A model generated the notes under the pieces. It searched no databases and was not told the DNA's origin. It saw nothing but the letters and a program-made list of their open reading frames with translations. A stretch of DNA of 41,489 nucleotides from Nemertoderma westbladi (taxonomy: Eukaryota > Animalia > Xenacoelomorpha): the NCBI GenBank assembly GCA_032718475.1, contig JAUCBJ010003300.1, positions 1 to 41,489 on the forward strand, written 5' to 3'. This document shows positions 32,607 through 41,489 of this stretch, piece after piece; the first letter of the stretch is position 1, and each line of letters starts with the position of its first letter. Position numbers and translations under genes: made by a program.

Positions 32607-32990
32607 ATGTTATCCAATGGGATAATTAGAACATCCAGCAGCCCTTGGTCATCACCATTACATATGGCTCCAAAGCCTCATGTGGAGAACCAATGGCACC
32701 CTTGTGGTGATTTTCGCGCATTAAATCAGGCAACACAAACCAATAAGTATCCAATTCCTAATATACAATATTTCAATAATGAACTGAAAGGTTGCACAAT
32801 ATTTAGCTCCATCGATCTTGTATCTGCTTACCACCAAATACCAGTAGCAGAATCTGACATTCCTAAAACTGCAGTAACCACACCATTTGGCCTGTACAAG
32901 TTTTTGAGAATGCCTTATGGTCTAAAGAATGCCAGCCAAACTTTTCAGCGCGATATTGATAGCCTTTTACGGGGGTTACCTTTTGCTTTT
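32607..32990 (+). pseudogene. pol: Ty3/Gypsy reverse transcriptase fragment
   Basis: GIIRTSSSPWSSPLHM...WHPCGDFRALN...YPIPNI...IFSSIDLVSAYHQIPV..DIPKTAVTTPFGLYKFLRMPYGLKNASQTFQR. Homology stops at LPFAF. Confidence 0.93.
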
Positions 32991-34055
32991 GAAAACGACG
33001 AATGCGACGAAAGTAAGTGAGCTTAGCATACAGGTACCACTAACTCAATCGGTGTGTCTGTTGTTCTGTTGATCTGTCGTTCTGTTGTGTCCAATTTTAA
33101 ACGTTATTAACTCAGCCAAAAGTTATTGAAATTTAACCAAACTTGGTACACATGTAGTCTGGACAAAGTTTAGAAATTTTCCAAGTTGAATTTTCGCGTG
33201 GCTTTCGAGAAACTAAGATAATAGCAGTTAATTAGTTAATTAAGTTGATTAGGGTAAAAACATCAATTTTAACATGCCTCCTTAAAGGATATTAATTATT
33301 TTCTAGAATAAGATTTAAATAATTATACTTAAAAGTTATACTGCTGTAATCCCCATACATCATTCCATTATAGTTTTTAATTAGTTCAAGAGATTTGCTT
33401 TAAGAAATGTGTTTTTAATTGATCTAAACGTAATTAAGTTAAAATGCATTCCATCACTCTATACTTCCAGTCTCATTCCTTGGCATTCTTGATATTGCCT
33501 ATTAGATGGGAAACATTCTAATCATCCTTCCACTGAGCTTGCTCTATCTTGCACAATGATTGGCTGAATTTAATGGCGATTCTTTAGATATTAGCTAAAT
33601 GATTTCGTTGAGGCATTGACATGATAAATTAATATTGCAGTATCAATACTATCGGCATAAGGTAAAGGGGAACTTTCCTTTCTTCTTTGATTTATTCTTA
33701 TAGGCGGTTTGGTTAAATTTCTTATTTATTTATTTAAATTTCATAAGTACCAGTTTTGGGATAGAATTGCTCAATTTTAATCTGTATCTGATAACTGAGC
33801 CTCGACCTGCGCCATGGCCCCACGAACGTGTATAGCCAAGGCCCAAGTAATATAGAAAGGAAAGTAGATGAAACATACGCAAAATACGCATGCAATAGAT
33901 GGTAAGTAAACATGTAATTAAATAGGATAGTTGTGTGTAATTATGTAAAAATTAAGTTTTATTGATAAAATTAATTAAATAATATAGAAACTAAAAGAAA
34001 ATATAATATATTCCATTACGTAGTATTCTTATGCCGCTAAGATCACTACCAGTTC
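32991..34055. mobile_element. Possible non-autonomous Helitron/Helentron-like or MITE-like element truncating element D
   Basis: Begins at the RT breakpoint. Subterminal inverted 12-mers AGTGAGCTTAGC (33016-33027) and GCTAAGATCACT (34036-34047). A CTGT-type microsatellite at ~33055-33100 is followed by AAACTTGGTACACATG. Boundaries are uncertain. Confidence 0.35.
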
Positions 34056-34209
34056 GAAATTAAAAGTAATTAACACTAAAGTTGGATTTATTTGTTTTCA
34101 CAATTAGCTACTGGGAAGACAATGACAAACCAAAGACAACGACTAGGTTTGACAAAAAAACATGACCAAAATTAATATCTATACATTGGTGCATGATGAT
34201 ATGAATATA

Positions 34210-35168
34210 CACCATGTCCCGTAATATAGTGTCATTTTCTGATGTCACGGACCCCCCCCCCCCCCCCCCCCCCCAGATATTTCTACAAAACTTGATCATA
34301 TTGCTTGAAATTAGAAACACAACTAGTTCCACTCACCGTCGATGACCCCATGAAGCCGGAATTTTCGATTTTGCCTTTAAATTTTTTTATAAGCGTTTTA
34401 AAAAAGTGTCATTTGCGAAATCACACCCTCCGTATCTTGGCCATTATTCACATTAGTCGTAATTTGTTCATATCATTAGAAAGCTTGCCTTGCAAGGATT
34501 CGAAATATGTAACAAAATCTGAATTTCGTTGAGAAACAGCTGAGAAATGGGCGTTCAAAGATTGCAAGAATTATCGTCCGCTGCAGGCAATTTATTATAT
34601 TTAATAAATACACAAAATTCTAGAATGTGTTATTAATTTTATAAGTTGGTTGGCAACAGCGGTATTCTTATCCAATATATCTATTGCGTAGCTATTCATA
34701 CTTAAACAAAATGTTCCAGAACATCGTGTATTTATTAAATATAATAAATGGCCTTCACAGAACAATAATTCTTGCAATCTTTGAACGCCAATATCTCAGT
34801 TGTTTCTCAAAGAAATTCAGATATTGTTACATATTTCGAATCATTGCAAGGCGTTTCTCAAAGAAATTCAGATATTGTTACATATTTCGAATCATTGCAA
34901 GGCAAGCTTTCTAATGATATGAAAACATTACGACTAATGTGAAGAATGTCCACGATACGGCGGGTGCGATTTCGCAAAAGACACTTTTTTAAAACGCTTA
35001 TAAAAAAAAATCTAAATGCAAAATCGAAAATTCCGGCTTCGTGGGGTCATCGACGGTGATTGGAACTAGTGGTGTTTCAAATTTCAAGCAATATGATAAA
35101 AATTTATAGAAAAATCTGGGGGAGGGGGGGGGGGGTCAGAAAATGTCACTATATTACGGGACATGGTG
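34210..35168. mobile_element. Foldback MITE, probably Tc1/mariner-derived (959 bp)
   Basis: TA|CACCATGTCCCGTAATATAGTG ... CACTATATTACGGGACATGGTG|TA. The arms are complementary over roughly 400 bp. No coding capacity. A 51-bp tandem duplication lies in the right arm (34802-34903). Confidence 0.9.
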
Positions 35169-36770
35169 TAATTTGGTATGTGAGAGCATAAAATAAGTGA
35201 ACGGGGGGAGAGTGTGGGGGAGAGAAAAATAAAATGAGATCATAGAACTGGGTGGGTGTGCGGGAATGAGAATGGTGAGTGGGTATGAGAGTCAAATAAA
35301 GTGGAACAGTATATGCTTAGTGGAGTGACGAGAGGGAATGGAGTATAGAAGGGTTTGCAAAACGAAGTTACGTAAGGGCAGACAGAGTTCGTTAGTACAA
35401 TTGAGTGTTATACAGGCTGTGTATGCTGTACATAAAAGGAAGATTAGCGCGGTATAGAATGGTACCATAAAATTGGAGAGCAGAGAGAAAAGTTAGTAGG
35501 CTTTACACAGCCCTATGATATCGTTTGACGCGGGTATCATAAGGTGGGATCGATAGATCCAAAGGTACAGACTGGCAGTCTGGGACCCGAAAGAAAACCC
35601 ACCCCAACCGTAATTCATAAATAGAATTACAGCCATAAATTGTTCTGGGAAAAAACATGCTCTGGAACATTTTCTATACAAATAGTAATAAGAACTAGCT
35701 ACTACAAAATATTTATAGAAGGAAGTAGGATGTCGGAACCTGTGTCAAAATTACTAGCTAAACCTACCTAAAACACTAGCTACCATATAATTTAGTATCT
35801 TGCTTAACGAGGAGACTTCAATGCAGTCAAATTAAAGAATAATTATATAAAAATATCAAATTGTTGTAATAAAAACTGGTCTCTTTTTGAGTGGCCTCAA
35901 AATGCAGCTTATTAAGCCGTGTATATATAGTAGGCCATGGGAGTGTTATATAAAATGCTATATCTCAAAAACGGCACGACAGATTTGAAAAAAAAATTAG
36001 CAACAGTTTTCTGTCATCCATATCTATCGTTTTATAAAATAAAAAGATTGCCTCCAGGGGTCGTATGATACATTTGTCCTTCCGTGTATATTTAGTATTC
36101 CATGGTGACACCAAATGTGTATAAAATATTCAATCCTTTATTATAAAAAAATGCATTCACCTAAAATATATAACACCCTATAGTCGATATGTATGACTGC
36201 ATCTTGGTCACATTAAGTCAACATAATATTTAGTCACGGTACATTAGCAAAGCTTATTCTGTCTGTGGGGCGAACCACGAAGTAATTCGGTCTGTAAATT
36301 ATATCTATATACAACTAATTTCATGACAATGCAATCTGTCTGTCTGTCACATGATTGAAGACATATAATTTTAGATAATGGATCCAACGAATATGTCTGT
36401 ATGATTTGCTACTAAAAGAAGCACATCAATCAACTGCCATATGCAGGAAACTAAATAATAGATCCCCTTTGATTATTCCCCTGACAGAATGAATGAGGTT
36501 AGGTCCCCTTCTTTAATGCATTTATTAGAATAGATTAGAATATAATAGATCTGAAATCTTCCAGTTGAATATATATCGTATTGCACTGCACAATCCATAT
36601 ATTCCACATCAGAAATCACTGTAGAAGCGCTGGCTGACTGAAATACCATTTCATCAGATTGTTCGGAGGGATTCACTCATTTTGGGTACTAACAAGTCCA
36701 GTTTACTTGGCTTGAATGATAAACAGCGCTAACACTGAGCGTAAATGTTACACATAAATTGGTGCTTGAA

Positions 36771-38175
36771 TACTGGGCCAAGCATGTGCTGTGCATTCTG
36801 GGCCAAGCATGTGCTGTGCATACTGGGCCAAGCATGTGCATCCTGGGCCAAGCATGTGCTGTGCATACTGGGCCAAGCATGTGCTGTGCATACTGGGCCA
36901 AGCATGTGCTGTGCATACTGGGCCAAGCATGTGCTGTGCATACTGGGCCAAGCATGTGCTGTGCATGCTGGGCCAAGCATGTGCTGTGCATACTGGGCCA
37001 AGCATGTGCATACTGGGCCAAGCATGTGCATACTGGGCCAAGCATGTGCTGTGCATACTGGGCCAAGCTTGTGCATACTGGGCCAAGCATGTGCTGTGCG
37101 TACTGGGCCAAGCATGTGCTGTGCATACTGGGCCAAGCATGTGCTGTGCATACTGGGCCAAGCATGTGCTGTGCATACTGGGCCAAGCATGTGCTGTGCA
37201 TACTGGGCCAAGCATGTGCTGTGCATACTGGGCCAAGCATGTGCATACTGGGCCAGGCATGTGCATGCTGGGCCAAGCATGTGCATACTGGGCCAAGCAT
37301 GTGCTGTGCATACTGGGCCATGCATGTGCTGTGCATACTGGGCCAAGCATGTGCATACTGGGCCAAGCATGTGCATACGGGGCCAAGCATGTGCTGTGCA
37401 TACTGGGCCAAGCATGTGTTGTGCATACTGGGCCAAGCATGTGCTGTGCATACTGGGCCAAGCATGTGCTGTGCATACTGGGCCAAGCATGTGCTGTGCA
37501 TACTGGGCCAAGCATGTGCATACTAGGCCAAGCATGTGCTGCGCATACTGGGCCAAGCATGTGCTGTGCATACTGGGCCAAGCATGTGCTGTGCATACTG
37601 GGCCAAGCATGTGCATACTGGGCCAAGCATGTGCATACTGGGCCAAGCATGTGCTGTGCATACTGGGCCAAGCATGTGCATACTGGGCCAAGCATGTGCA
37701 TACTGGGCCAAGCATGTGCATACTGGGCCAAGCATGTGCTGTGCATACTGGGCCAAGCATGTGCTGTGCATACTGGGCCAAGCATGTGCTGTGCATACTG
37801 GGCCAAGCATGTGCTGTGCATACTGGGCCAAGCATGTGCTGTGCATACTGGGCCAAGCATGTGCTGTGCATACTGGGCCAAGCATGTGCATACTGGGCCA
37901 AGAATGTGCATACTGGGCCAAGCATGTGCTGTGCATACTGGGCCAAGCATGTGCTGTGCATACTGGGCCAAGCATGTGCTGTGCATACTGGGCCAAGCAT
38001 GTGCTGTGCATACTGGGCCACGCATGTGCATACTGGGCCAAGCATGTGCATACTGGGCCAAGCATGTGCTGTGCATACTGGGCCAAGCATGTGCATACTG
38101 GGCCAAGCATGTGCATACTGGGCCAAGCCTGTGCATACTGGGCCAAGCATGTGCTGTGCATACTGGGCCAAGCAT
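36771..38175. repeat. Minisatellite of interspersed 25-bp and 20-bp units
   Basis: TACTGGGCCAAGCATGTGCTGTGCA (25 bp) and TACTGGGCCAAGCATGTGCA (20 bp), about 60 units, highly homogeneous. Confidence 0.98.
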
Positions 38176-38631
38176 ATGGATAGTACAATACCAGATCGTG
38201 ACAACAGTCGAAAACAGGCGAAAACAAGCGAAAACAGTTGGAATTTAGGGAAAACAGTCGAACACAGTTAGTTTGTTTCAAAATAATTATCCAGGCATCC
38301 AGGTAAAATAGATATTGCAGTTAACTAGGTGTAATAATAGATTTTAAATTTAGTGGCATTTATAATGTCGCTAACTTAAGATGACGTACCAAAGTACAAT
38401 AACACTGCTCATATCAGTGCCCGTACTGCCGTACCGGTACCTGTTATAGTTACCTGTTGTGGTTAAAATATCGCGCCACTGTAACCTGCTCCTTTCCCTA
38501 AATTGAGAATTTAACATTGAGGCGGGATATTAATTCGCCAAGGCGGGTTTTGCGTCGATTCCCCCCCCCCCCCCCCCCCCCCCCCCTGTCTCGTACATAC
38601 TAGTGCAAGCATATGTATGTATCGATGTGCA

Positions 38632-38712
38632 GTGCATATATGCACGCATACATTCACGCATACATGCACGCATACATGCACGCATACATGCAAGCATACA
38701 TGCACGCATATA
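38632..38712. repeat. 12-bp microsatellite-like repeat (GCATACATGCAC)n near a poly-C tract at 38561-38586
   Basis: Direct inspection. Confidence 0.85.
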
Positions 38713-40974
38713 TGGACATTTGCTTGCACCAGTAGGCATGCACCAGATTATGCTTAAAATTTCTGCCCGCTAACACTGGCATCACAAACCCGATTAATAA
38801 CAAAAAGCGCATGTTTTGTAGATGAAAATATTTAATATTATTATAATAAGTTGCAGTGCTAAATTACCCCATATGTTGTTTAGAACTTCTTAAACTAAGT
38901 TTCGAATTCGTAAGGGTTTAATGACCAATGTACGTACATAGTCTGTAAGTTTTGGGCTTTAAGCTCTTTAATTGTCGAGCATCCCTTTTTAATTATCAAG
39001 CTTCCATAGGTTTTGAGTCGAGCAACAGGCAGGGCAATTAGTAACTCGAACAGGATGCAACTACAACAGATGGTTAAAACGTGAGGGCTTAACTAACTAC
39101 CAGTAATTGTGCAATCAGTTACTACTGTACCAGTATGATGTAACACACTACTATTTAAGTACAGGCAGTGTGACCTCACACCATCACATCAACTCAGTTT
39201 GTATCAAACCCAAGGAGTAGGCCTTTCCTGGCAGACTGTGTAGAGCCTACCCGGCCGGTCCAGAACTACAGTAGGCCTACAGTCATGCGGAACATAAAAA
39301 TAGCGTATTCCCTTCATTATCTAAAAATTCGCAATTAAACACTCCTGGTAAAATCTCCGGTACCCAAGTGTATTCATTAGTGCGACACCTAGGTTGATTG
39401 ATTAGGTAGTTCTGTGATTTCCATGGAATTTAACATTCTACCAAAATGATGGCAGTGCTAAAAATCTTATTGCAAACCATAAAAGATTTATCTCCTATTT
39501 TATATTCTTTACAATAGTATTACAGAAGTGGGGCGGGCTTGAAGCAGAACTGCAAGCCATAACCCAGCGAACAATTATATTTATAATTTGGCAATTTTTT
39601 TATAGTTATATATATTTGCTTCCAACACACACTCCCGCACGAACTTTTGGAAAACGGCCATAGCATAATAAAACCCTAAATAAGATTAATTCAATTTACC
39701 CTGTTGATGCCTCGGTGAAAAAATGTAGGAAATTCTAAGGAGAGTTTGAGAACATTTGACAGAAATTCCAGCAAAAAATAATCAGCCCAATATTTTGAGG
39801 TATAAACTATTTTGGCGGTGAGAAATGTGCAGCGTGGTAATAAATGTTATTGATAATCGTTATTATAATATCTGTCGTTTACTGGAGAACGCAAGCAATA
39901 ACACAGACTCTAAAGGAATAGTCAGGCAGGCAGCCATGGAGATGAGGGAAGTTCACTGGAAGGCAATCTCTGTCACTGTCTCGTAGTCTAGCAGAACGAC
40001 AGGTTGATTAATGCTACTCATACGCTAAGGCTCACCTTACTTTGTGGCTCACCTCAGAATTATACATGATTGAGAATATCTAAAGAACAGCGCAGTAAAC
40101 GAGTTGCGGCAGAGCACACCATAAATAAAACTCAGATTCAGGTTTAAGATTCGCTACAGACAGACCAGATGGAAATATTGCAAGATTGGATTAAATTCAT
40201 TACGCAAGTTAGAGATACTGCTGAATCGGAACTTGTTCTGCCGAATACAATTAGTTAAAAGATTAAACTTCGCACGAATTTTTAAAATATTGGTATTTAG
40301 TGTCGCTGCCGAAATATGCGCTCTTCAATAGTATCACAGCAACAGGGTCAACTAAAATACAAGATGGTCGCTACTGCCAATAGGCCAATCCCAGGGTACT
40401 CTCGTCATATCTACATAACTAGACGAGTTTCGCCGAGGCCACGAATGAATGCTTAACGATTTACTCTTCCTCCATTCCCTCTGCTTTCTATGTCAACCAA
40501 TCATCCTTTCTCCTCTTATCTACCTTAAAAATACGTCGTCGACAAAACAGAAAAAAATGAATTTTTACTATGGACATGAACCAGAAAAACGTGAACTGTT
40601 AGTGGTGGAGCATTGGTTGGTCGATAGGAAGTCAGATGGTCGATGGACACGATGTTAATGTAATGTAACGATGGTTGATTTGGAATCTGGCAGTTTGAAG
40701 TTCGACAGTATGCAGTTATTTTACTTATTGCATTTTGATGTGCGCAGCCATACGAACAATGATTTCTCAATCTATTGCATTCCACTAAATTTAATATTGT
40801 GTCATGTTTTACCATCAGTAGATGGTAAAACATGAAACCACTCGATACCTAAAACCAGCTGGCCCATTGTCCCTTCTTAGTATCTTTACATATCATCTAA
40901 CCAATTGAAATCTGCGGTAACACACTCTTGCCTTCGAATGCTTCGTTCAGCAGTAAACATACTGAAACTTAAAC

Positions 40975-41320
40975 CACCACACCGTTTTCCACCACGCCAT
41001 TGTCCAAGTCTACCCCACCCCACACACCCGTACCACAGCACCTCACTACATCACTCTCACCATCAACTTTAACCCATCCCACAACACCCTCTCCCTCCCT
41101 CCCTCAACCATACCCCACTCACTCCACTACACCCAAACCCTATCTCACCCACCATACCAATCTGCCCCACTTCACTCTCTGCCCTGTACCACCACATGCC
41201 ATTCCCGTCCTGACAACCATACCTCATCCCACCCTAACCCACACCCAACACACCCCACCTCCACCCAACCCCACACCCACCATAGCCCAGTCCACCAGCC
41301 ATCTCTCCTCAACACAACAA
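40975..41320. repeat. C/A-rich low-complexity tract
   Basis: Degenerate CCCAC/ACCCC motifs with very few G on the + strand. Confidence 0.75.
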
Positions 41321-41489
41321 AATACTTAGTTATCACATAAATAGTTGTCATATAGTTGACGATAAGTCCAATAGTATAACTGAAAAGCGCAACAAACCAT
41401 TTTCACCAGATCTTACATGTATCAACTGTAATATTATAAGAAAGAATTTACCGTAAAATAGTACTAAAAAATCAGTACGTATAACTATG

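Larger units (their letters stand above)
30821..32990 (+). mobile_element. 3'-truncated Ty3/Gypsy LTR retrotransposon, CsRn1-like clade (element D)
   Basis: An LTR, a tRNA-Trp-like PBS, gag with a CX2HX9CX3C motif, a decayed protease, and an RT fragment that ends just before YxDD. Confidence 0.88.

Noticed and set aside
35925-36190. Second MITE (GTGTTATATA / TATATAACAC inverted words)
   Set aside because: The inverted match is short and AT-rich, and I could not define termini or a TSD.
36689-38281. Eight overlapping 215-508-aa Cys/His-rich ORFs
   Set aside because: All are translations of the 25/20-bp satellite. Unit lengths are not multiples of 3 and both strands are open, so there is no sign of coding constraint.
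40418-40450. Minimal hammerhead or Helitron 3' end (minus strand ...GGCGAAACTCGTCTAGT)
   Set aside because: No CTGANGA upstream for a hammerhead. The hairpin is weak and no matching 5' end was found, so it is unsupported.
41000-41329. 109-aa Pro/Thr/His-rich ORF
   Set aside because: Translation of a C/A-rich low-complexity tract, with a non-ATG start and no domain.

Overview
Eukaryotic, probably invertebrate metazoan, transposon-dense window with no host gene I can support. The centrepiece is a young, full-length BEL/Pao LTR retrotransposon (18264-29138). It has ~1.55-kb near-identical LTRs, an ATCGC target-site duplication, one 2432-aa Gag-Pol ORF and no canonical tRNA primer-binding site. 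It is nested inside an older, internally deleted BEL/Pao element (~16587-30820), which is a relative of another decayed BEL copy at ~4133-11630. Other remnants are a LINE AP-endonuclease fragment, an RTE-like LINE 3' end, an IS3EU-like DDE transposase pseudogene, a truncated CsRn1-clade Ty3/Gypsy element, a ~960-bp foldback MITE with TA flanks, a 130-bp-arm palindrome fused to a tRNA-like head, and two large tandem arrays (72/75-bp and 25/20-bp units). The most unusual signals are a 14-nt perfect complementarity between the PBS region and the LTR of the intact BEL element (possible tRNA-independent priming), triplicated LTR hairpins with a compensatory base-pair change, and an LTR flanked by both a PPT and a PBS. 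All family assignments come from motif recognition by eye, not database searches.
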